From: Candidatus Algichlamydia australiensis
GTDB lineage: Bacteria > Chlamydiota > Chlamydiia > Chlamydiales > JAJFMI01
Length of the DNA: 64,000 nucleotides
NCBI GenBank assembly: GCA_033977065.1
Contig: JAXCHI010000004.1
Coordinates: 433,236 to 497,235 of the forward strand
Direction of reading: 5' to 3'
Part shown: piece by piece, positions 1-10,075 of the stretch
How positions within the stretch are numbered: the first letter of the stretch is position 1
Layout of the letters: each line of letters opens with the position of its first letter
Position numbers and translations under genes: made by a program
The notes under the pieces: model-generated
Told to the model about the DNA's origin: nothing
Seen by the model: only the letters and a program-made list of their open reading frames with translations
The model's database searches: none

Positions 1-2
1 AT

Positions 3-659
3 GTCAAAGGAGATTTAGAGACGCACGACCCCATTTGCAGGCATTTAGCAAAAAATTCAGGGGTTGTGATTGTTGCTCTGCAGTATCGTCTAGCACCTGA
101 ATCGACTTTTCCTGCTCCCATTGAAGATGCTCTTACTTTAATCAGCTGGATTGAGCAACAGCAAAAGCAGCTACAGATCGATCCTTCACAACTTTGCGTT
201 GCTGGAGATAGTGCTGGCGGCAATCTAGCTGCACTACTTACTCATAAGTTGAAAAATCGTTTTAAATTACAAGCTCTGATCTATCCGCAGCTCGACTTCT
301 CTTTTAGCCTGGAGTCACATAAGAAATTTGCTAAGGGCTTTTTGCTTGAAGAAGAGTCTTTAGTCTGGGCGCGAAGCCTTTATGTCCCTAAGGGGATAGA
401 TTATCAAGATCCTGAACTCTCGCCACTTTTTGCTAGTGATTTCGGCGGACTACCCCCAACCTTTCTTTTGACAGCTGAGTATGATCCTCTGCGCGACGAG
501 GGTGAGCTCTACGCGAAGAAATTGATAGAGGCCGGAGTTCCGGTCACCTCTCATCGTTTCGAAAGCATGACGCACGGTTTTGTCGGTTTAAGTCTACTTT
601 TAGAGCCAGCAGAGCAAGCTTTGCTTGATGTGGCAAAAGCAATCCGCGAGGCAGTGTGA
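3..659 (+). CDS. Alpha/beta hydrolase, HSL/acetyl-esterase family (5' partial)
   Basis: YRLAPE, GDSAGG, DPLRDEG and HGF motifs; frame open to the window edge upstream of the called start at 66. Confidence 0.9.
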   Translation, partial: VKGDLETHDPICRHLAKNSGVVIVALQYRLAPESTFPAPIEDALTLISWIEQQQKQLQIDPSQLCVAGDSAGGNLAALLTHKLKNRFKLQALIYPQLDFSFSLESHKKFAKGFLLEEESLVWARSLYVPKGIDYQDPELSPLFASDFGGLPPTFLLTAEYDPLRDEGELYAKKLIEAGVPVTSHRFESMTHGFVGLSLLLEPAEQALLDVAKAIREAV

Positions 660-1132
660 AAAAATTCCTTTTTCTCTTTCTGGCCCTCCCTCTTTTTTCT
701 GATCATCCCAAACTCTTGATGATGGGAGCTGGGGTCTTTGATGTAGACCGGAAACACCCCTTGTTCCAATATCAACTAGAATATCGATCTGATTATGAAA
801 TTTTCCTTTCAGACCCTCTCTTTATTCGTCCACTTGTAGGATTTATGGGGACAACTAAGGGAGCTCTTTACCTCTATACAGGTATCGCTTTCGACGTTTT
901 TTTAGGCAAGAGTCTTGTCTTTACTCCTAGCTTTGCTCCAGGCCTCTACTACGACGGGGGAGGGAAGAGCTTGGGGTTTCCTTTGGAGTACCGCTCTACC
1001 GTAGAGCTCGCCTATCGTACTGAAACAGAAGCGCGCATAGGTTTTCAATTCTATCATATTTCAAATGGCAGTGTAGGTAGGAAAAACCCTGGTACTGAAT
1101 CTCTTGTATTTTTTCTTGCTTTTCCTCTTTAA
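656..1132 (+). CDS. Lipid A 3-O-deacylase PagL-like / acyloxyacyl hydrolase beta-barrel
   Basis: Signal peptide; C-terminal HISNG...NPG motif typical of PagL. Confidence 0.75.
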   Translation: MKKFLFLFLALPLFSDHPKLLMMGAGVFDVDRKHPLFQYQLEYRSDYEIFLSDPLFIRPLVGFMGTTKGALYLYTGIAFDVFLGKSLVFTPSFAPGLYYDGGGKSLGFPLEYRSTVELAYRTETEARIGFQFYHISNGSVGRKNPGTESLVFFLAFPL

Positions 1133-1173
1133 AATAATAATCGATTCTATTATAAAATTAAGTTGTAAGAATT

Positions 1174-2157
1174 TTGATTTTTAATAAAATGATTGAGCGA
1201 AAATACAAATTAAATCCTTTTCCCCTCTTTCGTGGTTGCCATGAACAGACAATTTTCGGTTCTATGCTCAATTTTCACCCTGAACCGAAATCTCGCAGTC
1301 TCTATGTCCCTTTTGATGATGGAGATACGATGGTATTGAAAGTATCTACGCCCAAAGGGTGGAAGCGAGGAGGTCCAATTGTGATGATGGTGCACGGCTT
1401 AGCAGGCTCTGATCGCTCTGTCTATCTGATTCGCATGACCCGTAAGCTGATGGCAAGAGGGATTAAGACTGTTCGAGTGAATCTTCGCGGTTGTGGAAGC
1501 GGAAGGGGGCTCTCACGCTACATGTTTCCCCATTTTAGCGATAAAGATCTATGCCGTGCTGCCCAAGCTGTAAAAGCTAGTTCACCTGACTCTACTTTGC
1601 AGCTGGTTGGATTTTCTCTTGGGGGCAACTACGCCTTAAAAGCAGCAGGTAAAAGTTCGCGTAGAGGCGAAAAACTCTTTGATCAAGTGATCGCTGTAAG
1701 TCCCCCAGTCTATGTTGAAACGAGTTCCTCTCTTCTGGGTAGGCCAGAAAATCGCATTTATGAGCGCTACTTTACCAAACTTTTGCGTGATGAGGCTCTC
1801 AGACGCATTAAAAGCATGAAACTAACTGATGCCTCCTACATCCCTGAAAATTTGTCGATACGTCAATTTGATGATTTTTTCACCGCGCCACACTTAGGAC
1901 TTAGCTCTGCTGAGGAGTATTACGCTCGATCGAGCTCAAAGAAATATCTTTGTCACGTCAAAATGCCCGTTAAAATCCTTTACTCGCTAGATGACCCCAT
2001 TATTGATGCATCAGCTCTTGATGACCTTACCCTTCCCGATCATGTTGAGATTCACAAGACAAACAAGGGGGGGCACATGGGATTCTTAGGCACACCTTTT
2101 TCGAATCGGGGGTTTCGTTGGATGGATTCGATGCTCCTTGACTGGCTCTCATTGTAA
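1174..2157 (+). CDS. YheT-family alpha/beta hydrolase
   Basis: HxQT, HGLAGS, GFSLGG, DDP and GGHMGF motifs. Confidence 0.85.
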   Translation: MIFNKMIERKYKLNPFPLFRGCHEQTIFGSMLNFHPEPKSRSLYVPFDDGDTMVLKVSTPKGWKRGGPIVMMVHGLAGSDRSVYLIRMTRKLMARGIKTVRVNLRGCGSGRGLSRYMFPHFSDKDLCRAAQAVKASSPDSTLQLVGFSLGGNYALKAAGKSSRRGEKLFDQVIAVSPPVYVETSSSLLGRPENRIYERYFTKLLRDEALRRIKSMKLTDASYIPENLSIRQFDDFFTAPHLGLSSAEEYYARSSSKKYLCHVKMPVKILYSLDDPIIDASALDDLTLPDHVEIHKTNKGGHMGFLGTPFSNRGFRWMDSMLLDWLSL

Positions 2158-2205
2158 CAGATTATCTTCTGATACAGAGTAATAGTCTCTGTTGAGGAAT
2201 TTTCT

Positions 2206-3180
2206 TTAACTGGGATGAACCTCGGTAAAATGCAAAAGTGCTAGAGAGGTCAACCTTTGTCTTACTGCGGGAATGATGTCATCTGTAAAACTCGTACCAC
2301 TGCAACTTTCAAAGCAGAACAGCATTAGATTCTTCTTTGTTTGCTCCCAAAAAAGCTCTTTCATACGTGCTTGCTCAGGAATCACACAGTCAATCTCATG
2401 GTAAAGAATCAATATTTTCACTCCACGTTCAGCCAATTTCTTCATTGGGGTAGCTGCATCTAAACTCCCTTTAACCGAAGAATCAGCCCGATCTGCTACC
2501 CAGCCTAAGTTTGGCAAGTAAACAAGAGGCGTTATGGTAAAAGAGTCATGATTGACAACCGTAATATTGGCCCATTTATCCGGATGCTTTTCAAGATACT
2601 TTTGAGTAGCGCAAGCCGCCACTCCGCCACCTAAAGCAATCCCCCAATTGATTACCTCTTTAAATCCAAGATCAAACGCATGAGAAAGAGCTCCCACTCC
2701 ATCAACAACAATAGACTGATAAGTAGCACTTGTTTTCAAGCTCGTAGAGTCATCCCTGGCCGAAACATCATAATTAAGCCCTGACCCAGCATAGTCGTAG
2801 AGAAGAACCGGGCACTCAGCAACCTCTGCTACTCGAGCTGCCGTCCAGTGCCCATTGTCATTAAATTGTTGTGCAATCGTAAAATCGCATCTGGTGTTGA
2901 AAACAACGCATTTTGACTTATTCAATCGATCCCAGCTATCTGGGTAGAGAAGATAACCAGTCAAATCACGGGAATTACTAATCTTAATTTTGCATTCTTC
3001 AAGCTGACTTCTCCAGTCCTCCTGAACTCGACTCATCAGCAGGCAACTTTCTTTAGCGCTCGATTCTAATTTGATAGCCTCAGAAGGAGTTAGCATCTCC
3101 CAGCTACCAGTAGGGGTAACACCAAGAGAATACCACGTATTTCTCAAAAAATCTCCTATTCCAGTAGTAGCACTAGCCAT
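2206..3180 (-). CDS. Alpha/beta-hydrolase-fold protein, possibly catalytically dead
   Basis: YDYAGSG and WGIALGG (Ala at the nucleophile position); start moved to the ATG of MASATT at 3180. Confidence 0.55.
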   Translation of the reverse strand: MASATTGIGDFLRNTWYSLGVTPTGSWEMLTPSEAIKLESSAKESCLLMSRVQEDWRSQLEECKIKISNSRDLTGYLLYPDSWDRLNKSKCVVFNTRCDFTIAQQFNDNGHWTAARVAEVAECPVLLYDYAGSGLNYDVSARDDSTSLKTSATYQSIVVDGVGALSHAFDLGFKEVINWGIALGGGVAACATQKYLEKHPDKWANITVVNHDSFTITPLVYLPNLGWVADRADSSVKGSLDAATPMKKLAERGVKILILYHEIDCVIPEQARMKELFWEQTKKNLMLFCFESCSGTSFTDDIIPAVRQRLTSLALLHFTEVHPS

Positions 3181-3348
3181 ATCGCACTCCGATTCAATGT
3201 TTAGAATATTAATCAACCAAAAGAAAAAAGACAATTGAAAAGCCCAATTTGGAAAGTCATTCTCGAGTAAGTTTAATAACCCGAAAAACACTTGCAGTTC
3301 CCCTCAAAATGATTGATCGATTACGGGGCTTTTTAATTTAGAATACTA

Positions 3349-3371
3349 GATAGTGTCGTCAAAAGGCTATA
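3349..3371. repeat. Solo terminal fragment of family-B hairpin element
   Basis: GATAGTGTCGTCAAAAGGCTATA matches a family-B end, preceded by TA; contains the stop of the lipase gene. Confidence 0.8.
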
Positions 3372-4365
3372 GAAATAGTTTTTTTACAATTGGATAGCAG
3401 AGGCGCGAAGTGCTGCGATGAATAATTGTATAATGATCGCGAAAATAGCAGCGATTCTCTTTGCGATTATGGACCCCTGCTTTCTGCATGTGCGGTTTTG
3501 CAAAGAGCAAATTGGTGTGAGCTGTGATAGGTGGAGGGAGTTTGCGCTCTTTTAAGATAGTTGTAGGTCCAAAAAGACGACCAAATTTTGAGACGAGATC
3601 CCCTAGACAAGCAAATGATTGTGAGGCGGGAGGGCTCTGCATTTGCTCATATTTGTGAAGTAGATCAGAAGAGACCCCAGGTGAGTGAAAGAGATACGAG
3701 GGACTAGTTTTACTAAAATATTCTGCGTCAAGGATAAGGGCGAAACTTGCGAGGGCTCCACCTAAGCTATATCCCATTGTCCGAGCGGGCTTTTTCTGCT
3801 TTTTAAGCCAATTTGTGATCTCTTCGCGCGCTCCGTTGTAAAGATCGTGACCAGGACCTTTCGGATCAAGATCAGCAACAATTGAAGCGCGACCGCTACG
3901 GATAAAAGGGGAAAATTGTGTTCCACGAAAGAGGAGAATAGGAGCTTCAGTTTCGCTTAAAAGCCCAAAGGCTGGAATATGTTGCCAGAGATCAAAGACT
4001 CGATCTATACGGTATTGGTGCATCTCTTTTTGAAATGGAACTTCAATCTCTACCCCTTCGTTCAAGTTGCGGTAAGCAAAAACTTTAGTTAGAATTTCAG
4101 CTACAGCGTGGTCGGGGGCATCCTTCATTTTGTGCAAAAGCGACTGAATAGGAGTAATATCGCTTTTTGACTTTGTTACTTTCCCAATTAACGGCTGTTT
4201 TGTAGAGAAGTAGTGGTATTTTTTTGCAAAATCAACAAGATCTTGGGAAGGTTCTGCGATCGGAATAAATTTCTCTTTTGGCTCTAGAAAAAAACCTTTT
4301 GGTGGCAAAAACAGAGCAAGAAAGTGCTCCCAGAATCGGATAAATACATTGCCAATATAACTCAT
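3367..4365 (-). CDS. Class 3 lipase-like hydrolase
   Basis: LLFRGT, GYSLGG, FHSPG, GDLVSKFG motifs. Confidence 0.7.
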   Translation of the reverse strand: MSYIGNVFIRFWEHFLALFLPPKGFFLEPKEKFIPIAEPSQDLVDFAKKYHYFSTKQPLIGKVTKSKSDITPIQSLLHKMKDAPDHAVAEILTKVFAYRNLNEGVEIEVPFQKEMHQYRIDRVFDLWQHIPAFGLLSETEAPILLFRGTQFSPFIRSGRASIVADLDPKGPGHDLYNGAREEITNWLKKQKKPARTMGYSLGGALASFALILDAEYFSKTSPSYLFHSPGVSSDLLHKYEQMQSPPASQSFACLGDLVSKFGRLFGPTTILKERKLPPPITAHTNLLFAKPHMQKAGVHNRKENRCYFRDHYTIIHRSTSRLCYPIVKKLFL

Positions 4366-5333
4366 TAGAATACCAAATTTGTAGAGAGTACGTATGAAAT
4401 AAATTCCATACTATTTTTTGTTGCTCCTGTGAACCAAACTCCTCCAATTACTCCAAACCAATCATTAAAATTGTACTCTAAGGCTGGGGCATAGCTCCAC
4501 TGTACGGATTTTCCACTTCCTAAGCTAGCTGGAATTCCAACCCGGTTGATTTTACCATTTCCATGCGCTGCTGTTCTTCCCACAATATCGATCCCCCTTC
4601 TACCAGAAAAGGTTGTTTTACTAGCATAAATGGCTTGAATATCAAGAGCCCAGACCCAATTTCGCGTCATTGAGTACTCAAAAGCTAAAATTCCTGAAAA
4701 AGTGTTTCCAGGGTGTACTTTTCCATCGGTTCCAAAACCACCGCCGTATGTATTGAAATCATGGACAGTAACAGGGGAAGGGATTGTGTAGCGCAAAAAG
4801 AGCCTTGGCCTTAGCCACTGAACACCTTTGATATGAAAAAGTTTTTGAAAATTAAAGCTTACGGCTGTTTCAAAGGAGCCAGATCCTGTAGCGTCAGCCC
4901 CCAATTTATTGGGGTTGAGCCTTTCAAATTGTCCGGTTGGAAAAGTCTCTCCTAATGTAATTCGCAGATCTGGTTCCCACCCATCTAAATTATCTTCCAT
5001 GGCCTGAAAACCTAAAATTACAGAAAAATCAGAAAGACCAGATCCTATCTGATCTTCTTTGAAGGTAAAAAAAGCCTGTGTTTCAAATTTTAGATCGATG
5101 TGTGAAGTGATGCCGCGAGTGATTTGAACAAACGGATCAATAACCCAAGACTCTTCTGGGCTGTAATTATTGGTAACAAATAAATAGGGTTGGTAGTTGG
5201 TTTTCCCCGGAGCAACTGTGTGTCCAGCTGGAGCTAAAATGGGGCCAGTAAACCACGGCCTTTCAAATTCCTGACAGAATAGCCCTGTAGAAAATATTAG
5301 AAAAAAAAGAATACCCTTCACAAACAAAATCAT
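4365..5333 (-). CDS. Exported, probable outer-membrane beta-barrel protein
   Basis: Signal peptide from ATG 5333, amphipathic strands, FPTG..LG...GSG motif, terminal Phe. Confidence 0.55.
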   Translation of the reverse strand: MILFVKGILFFLIFSTGLFCQEFERPWFTGPILAPAGHTVAPGKTNYQPYLFVTNNYSPEESWVIDPFVQITRGITSHIDLKFETQAFFTFKEDQIGSGLSDFSVILGFQAMEDNLDGWEPDLRITLGETFPTGQFERLNPNKLGADATGSGSFETAVSFNFQKLFHIKGVQWLRPRLFLRYTIPSPVTVHDFNTYGGGFGTDGKVHPGNTFSGILAFEYSMTRNWVWALDIQAIYASKTTFSGRRGIDIVGRTAAHGNGKINRVGIPASLGSGKSVQWSYAPALEYNFNDWFGVIGGVWFTGATKNSMEFISYVLSTNLVF

Positions 5334-5360
5334 AAGAAAAAAAACTCTAAAGTCAATATA

Positions 5361-5750
5361 ATGGTGCTTATGAAGATTACAGAAGAAGTAGAGAGTCAAG
5401 TTAGTCCTCAAAAAGTATGGAGTACATGGCGTGCAAGTAATTATTGGGATCTTGATAAGTCTTCCTTTACACAAGGACAAAAAGGTCGTGTAGTGAGTGG
5501 GAAAAAGCGCGGGCCTGCTTTTGTAGTCTCTGCAATTGAAGAGGGAGAGTCATTTACTCTTTCCTGGAAAGCTCCGATGGTTAAATTTGATATGCGTCAC
5601 GAGGTTTTTCCTACTGCGACTGGTTCAAAACTTGTCTATACTATGACACTACGCGGATTGATGGCTTATCCTATGCGTTTTTTACTCGGAAGGAAGATCA
5701 AACGAACTCTTCGAGAAACGCTCCAAGCATTTGTAAAACATGTGGAATAA
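5361..5750 (+). CDS. SRPBCC / polyketide cyclase-like protein
   Basis: SPQKVW start, size, C-terminal 'L..F...VE' helix. Confidence 0.6.
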   Translation: MVLMKITEEVESQVSPQKVWSTWRASNYWDLDKSSFTQGQKGRVVSGKKRGPAFVVSAIEEGESFTLSWKAPMVKFDMRHEVFPTATGSKLVYTMTLRGLMAYPMRFLLGRKIKRTLRETLQAFVKHVE

Positions 5751-5778
5751 ATCCTAATACTAATCTAAAATCACTAGT

Positions 5779-6630
5779 ATGAGCAGATATTTAGATCCAA
5801 CAAATGATGTAGCGTTTAAAAAACTCTTTGGAGCAAAGGAACATGAACCTCTCCTAATTAGCTTTTTAAATGCAATCCTCGATTTAAAAGAAAAACGCTC
5901 AATTAAGCAAATTGAGCTTCTTCCTCAAGAACAAGCGCCTCAAGTAATGGGGGGGAAGACAAGCATACTCGACGTTAAGTGTACAGATCAGAGGGGAGTG
6001 CAATATGTTGTTGAAATGCAAAATAAAAAAATCCCTGCCTTCATCAAGCGCAGCCAGTATTATGCTGCGCATACATATGTTTCACAACCACTTAAAGGTG
6101 TTAGTCATCTAGAACTTAAGCCCGTGATTTTACTGGCAATCGCAAATCATAATTTGTTTCCAAATAAAGATTCCGTAGTGAGTTATCATAAAACTTTGGA
6201 CATGAAAACTTATGAGAATGATCTAGAGGATATTTCTTATGTTTTTGTGGAGCTTCCAAAGTTCAAAAGAGAAGAGGGAGAACTCAAAACGGTTCAGGAT
6301 AAATGGATCTATTTTTTCAAAAATTGGAGTGCAACCAATCACGTTCCTTCTGATGTACAAGAGTCTGAGATTTTAGAGGCATATAACGCAATGGAGCAGT
6401 TCAATTGGACTGCACTTGAAAAAGAGGCCTATTTAAAAGCTAATATAGCGCTAACAGAAGAGTTTGCTGTGAAGAAAGAGCAGTACGAAAAAGGGCTCAA
6501 AGAAGGACGTGAAAAGGGACGCCGGGAAGCGAAGCTGAACATGGCAAAAGACATGCTGACACTTGGCCTTCTTAAAGAGCAAATTCAAAAAATTACGAAT
6601 TTGACAAGTGAAGATCTTGCTGATCTATGA
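5779..6630 (+). CDS. Rpn-family PD-(D/E)xK nuclease / putative transposase
   Basis: DPTNDVAFKKLFG, LDVK, VEMQ, ELPKF, EG-repeat tail. Confidence 0.9.
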   Translation: MSRYLDPTNDVAFKKLFGAKEHEPLLISFLNAILDLKEKRSIKQIELLPQEQAPQVMGGKTSILDVKCTDQRGVQYVVEMQNKKIPAFIKRSQYYAAHTYVSQPLKGVSHLELKPVILLAIANHNLFPNKDSVVSYHKTLDMKTYENDLEDISYVFVELPKFKREEGELKTVQDKWIYFFKNWSATNHVPSDVQESEILEAYNAMEQFNWTALEKEAYLKANIALTEEFAVKKEQYEKGLKEGREKGRREAKLNMAKDMLTLGLLKEQIQKITNLTSEDLADL

Positions 6631-7340
6631 AACTCTTTTTTTGTCTGCTTCTTTTCTCTGCAGGGCTACTTGCAAACGATATTGTTGTTACTGTTCATGG
6701 GTATGCGCGTACTCATAAATCGATGCACAAAATGGGTCGTGCTCTTCAAAAAAATGGTTACAATTTATACCATTTTGATTACCTCTCACGGAGCCAATCA
6801 ATAGAGGAGAGTACAGAAGATTTCGTTACATTCTTGAGAGAGATATCAAAACAGCATCCCGATTCGCAAATCAACTTTGTTACCCATTCACTTGGAGGGA
6901 TTCTTCTACGAGCTGCTGTAAACGATCCGAACTGTCCCAAAATAGCAAAGCAAGGCAGTGCCATTCTACTAGGGCCTCCAAACAGGGGAAGCCGGCTTGC
7001 GAAACGTATAGCATTGATTTTAAAATTAATGGGAAGGGGAGCAGGGAATGATCTCGCTAAAAATCGTGATTTTTCCTACTTAGGTGACTTTCCTGAGTCG
7101 ATGAAAGTGACTATTATAGCGGGAACTTTTGGTTGCAATCCCTTGATTCCATTTCCAAATGATGGCAAAGTAGCTCTTAGTGAAACGCTTTTAGATACAC
7201 CACATAAATTTTTTGAAGTAAGCGCTTGTCATAGCATGATGATGAGCAATTCTAAAGTGATTACGACTATATTGGAGGAATTAAATGCGCAAAATTATTC
7301 TAGGAACACTGCTATTCTGGGGAACCCTTCAAGCGGGTGA
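6627..7340 (+). CDS. Secreted lipase/esterase
   Basis: Signal peptide, VHG, THSLGG, GPPNRGS, NDGKV. Confidence 0.85.
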   Translation: MKLFFCLLLFSAGLLANDIVVTVHGYARTHKSMHKMGRALQKNGYNLYHFDYLSRSQSIEESTEDFVTFLREISKQHPDSQINFVTHSLGGILLRAAVNDPNCPKIAKQGSAILLGPPNRGSRLAKRIALILKLMGRGAGNDLAKNRDFSYLGDFPESMKVTIIAGTFGCNPLIPFPNDGKVALSETLLDTPHKFFEVSACHSMMMSNSKVITTILEELNAQNYSRNTAILGNPSSG

Positions 7341-7695
7341 ATACTGGGGCTACCACCTTATTTTAGATTGCAAAGCTTGTGATATTGAAGCGATCACAGA
7401 TCGTGAAACAATCACTTCTTTTGTAAAGACACTTGTCGAAGAGATTGATATGAAAGCGTATGGTGAGCCGCAACTAGAGCATTTTGCGACTCACGATCCT
7501 GACGCTGCTGGCTACTCTCTTGTCCAACTTATTGAAACAAGTGCCATTACCGGGCACTTTGTTGATAAAAACGGGGATGCGTATATTGATATTTTTTCTT
7601 GCAAGCCCTTTGATCAAGCCCATGCAAAAAAAATTGTGGAGCGATTCCTCACCCCACAAAATATCAAGTCGCAGTTTTTAAAACGTCAGGCCTAA
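7285..7695 (+). CDS. S-adenosylmethionine decarboxylase-family proenzyme with N-terminal signal-like peptide
   Basis: WGYHLILD, LIETS-ITGH cleavage region, YIDIFSCKPFD. Confidence 0.8.
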   Translation: MRKIILGTLLFWGTLQAGEYWGYHLILDCKACDIEAITDRETITSFVKTLVEEIDMKAYGEPQLEHFATHDPDAAGYSLVQLIETSAITGHFVDKNGDAYIDIFSCKPFDQAHAKKIVERFLTPQNIKSQFLKRQA

Positions 7696-9105
7696 CTCAT
7701 CTAGACGATCCAAAATTCCCGAATCTTTGGCGTATTGAACCATCTCTTCGCTAGCAATTCCTAGGTTCATCATGCGTACAGAAAAGAGCTCTTGCTCTAT
7801 AGCATTAGGATAGCGTTGAATTCCGCCTGTCTTCTCAATCGCTAAAGGAAGAGGGGATACAGAACACTCTGGGCGCGGATGTACAAAATAGACAATGGAG
7901 TAGCGGTCTTTATTTTCCCCTTTTTCAACAACGCGGTGCACAGCGCTTCTGTAATGACCATTGGTCAAATTTTGCAGCATGTCCCCACAATTTACAATAT
8001 AAGAGCCGCTTGGAACGATTACATCAATCCATTTACCGTTCTTCTCTTGAACTTGTAAACCCGCACCTTTTGAGCTGGGTAAAATCGTAAAAAGATCGAT
8101 ATCAGTGTGCTCTCCTGCCCAAATTCCTCCTTCGGGAGTCCCTTTTGGGTAGTAATTAAGCCTTAAGATTATATTCGCATCTTGAATTTTTTCTAGAAGG
8201 AGATCGGGAGAGATCTCCAAAGATTCAGAAATCATGGTTGTAATCAGTTTTGCCTGGTGACCTAAATTATCGTAGAGGGGATCAAAGCGCTCTTTGAATG
8301 AAGGGTCTAGAGGCCAAATGTTTTCGATTTCAAACTTATCTGGACCGATATGGTAAAACTCCTTAAAATCTTTCTCTTTACGTCTTCTAGTACTCTGTAA
8401 CAGAAAATTTTAGTATTATTTTTACGTCAAAGCCTTCGCATAAAAATGGATCCCAAACGTGAAAAGTAAAGCGATTGTATGTGATTGAAAAAGCTGTCTA
8501 GACCTTGCAAAGTTTTCTGCAAAACAAAAAAAACAGCCGCGCAAGCGACGTGAAAGGGGCCCCTCCCGAAACAAAGTGGAGGGTGGGGAATGAACGCGCG
8601 ATGCGCTCGATGGCTTCAGATTGGCTTTGAAAAATTGCGGTGCAGGAGGAAGAAGTAGTGCTTTGCACGGTTTTCCGACGAAACGCAATTTGGCATGCCA
8701 AGGTGAAGCTCAAAGGGCAGCGGGGATTTGCCCGACTGTCTCTATTGGCTGTTTTTTTAAATTAAACACTAAGATTTTCTGTTACAGAGTACTAGCTGTT
8801 TCACTTGGAACAAACCCTCGACGACCACTTAACTGGGGATCGTAAAGCGATAACTTTTCTGCCATGGGAAGAGAAAAAAGGTCAAAGCTTGCGCGATATC
8901 CTTTATCCAAAATTTCCTTTTCTATATCTGTGTTGATAAGAGCAAAAAAACCAATCTCATGAAAAGCTTCCGATAGCTGTTCTAAAAAGAGTTCGCGATT
9001 TTCATAGTAGTCGTTCATATCGAGCACAGGTATTGTGCTCTCAAATGCAAATATACTTGTTGCTAAACCAAATATTACCAATATTTTTCTCATTCTCTCC
9101 TCCAT
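7678..9105 (-). pseudogene. 2OG-Fe(II) oxygenase (IPNS-like) interrupted by an A-long element
   Basis: IPVLDM..GFF N-terminus, HTD, VHRV, RYS; removing 405 bp gives a continuous 340-aa frame (..SETA|RRRKEKDFKEFYHIG..). Confidence 0.9.
8387..8795 (+). mobile_element. Family A-long miniature inverted-repeat element (409 bp including both CTAG)
   Basis: Terminal IR CTAGTACTCTGTAACAGAAAAT; near-identical copies at 20256, 46550, 54551. Confidence 0.95.
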
Positions 9106-9165
9106 TTAGAGTTTTTGAGAGTATAGTGAATTGCACGAATATAGATAAATACGTAATTTAAATTT

Positions 9166-10074
9166 ATGCAGTGGTTATTTGGGAGAGTTTTAATGAGTAC
9201 GATGGCAATTACTATGCCAATACAAGTGGAAAATGCCCTAAAAGAGATAGATCCAGGTTCTTTGCATGCAACTTTAATTCATAGAGAGAAATATGAGGAG
9301 AGTGACAGCGTCGGCCCCAGAGATTTTGAAGATATAGTATTAAACACAACAGCAGGAAAAGCGCGCATCACGATTAGCTATCCGAAGCAAATTCCAGAGG
9401 GAGGGCTTCCCTGTATTTTTGTCATCGGGGGGTTAGAAACAGGACGCAAAAGTCTTAACCTAGTTCCCGATCACGGTTCCTATATTTTGATCTCTTACGA
9501 GTATCCCTCTGTGATTAAAAAAATCAAAAAACCTTATGGAATTTTCTATTTACCGCGCATTCGTCGAGCTGTTTTAGATGTAGCAGGACAAGTAAACAAC
9601 TCTTTAAAGTGGTTACAAACACAAAATTTTTGTAAAAATCAACCTCCAGCCATGATTGGCGTGAGCTTTGGCAGTGTCTTTCTTCCTTCAATCATGCATT
9701 TAGGTGAGCAGTATGCTATGCAATATGGTCCTGCCGTATTTGGTTACGGAGGAGCTGGGATCAAGTGCCTCTTTTATGCAAACCTTCCCGGTCCTAACTT
9801 TTGGAAAGAGGGGATCTCGCGTTTTTTAGCTCGTATTTTTCACCCCATTGAACCCGCGCTCCATCTGCCCTACATTAATGGAAGTTTTCTCCTTGTTAAT
9901 GGAACAGAAGATAAACAGATACCGGAACCTTGCGTGAAAAAGCTTCAGGAGCTTTGTCCCGATCCGAAAAAAATTATTGAGCTTAAACGCGGACACCTCC
10001 AACCAGACAACCCTGTTCTTATCGGAGAGCTTGTGGATATCAGCCGACAGTGGCTAGAAAACCAGGGAGTATAA
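9166..10074 (+). CDS. Alpha/beta hydrolase-fold protein
   Basis: GVSFG elbow, NGTEDKQIP, terminal GH. Confidence 0.65.
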   Translation: MQWLFGRVLMSTMAITMPIQVENALKEIDPGSLHATLIHREKYEESDSVGPRDFEDIVLNTTAGKARITISYPKQIPEGGLPCIFVIGGLETGRKSLNLVPDHGSYILISYEYPSVIKKIKKPYGIFYLPRIRRAVLDVAGQVNNSLKWLQTQNFCKNQPPAMIGVSFGSVFLPSIMHLGEQYAMQYGPAVFGYGGAGIKCLFYANLPGPNFWKEGISRFLARIFHPIEPALHLPYINGSFLLVNGTEDKQIPEPCVKKLQELCPDPKKIIELKRGHLQPDNPVLIGELVDISRQWLENQGV

Positions 10075-10075
10075 A

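Noticed and set aside
8422..8845. Recurrent 63-90 aa ORFs (MRFVGKPC.., MSFTLACQ.., MALKNCG..) at 8.4, 20.4, 46.6 and 54.6 kb
   Set aside because: They lie in A-long copies, overlap on both strands, have no recognisable motifs and change ends in the variant copy; identity reflects the repeat, not coding constraint.
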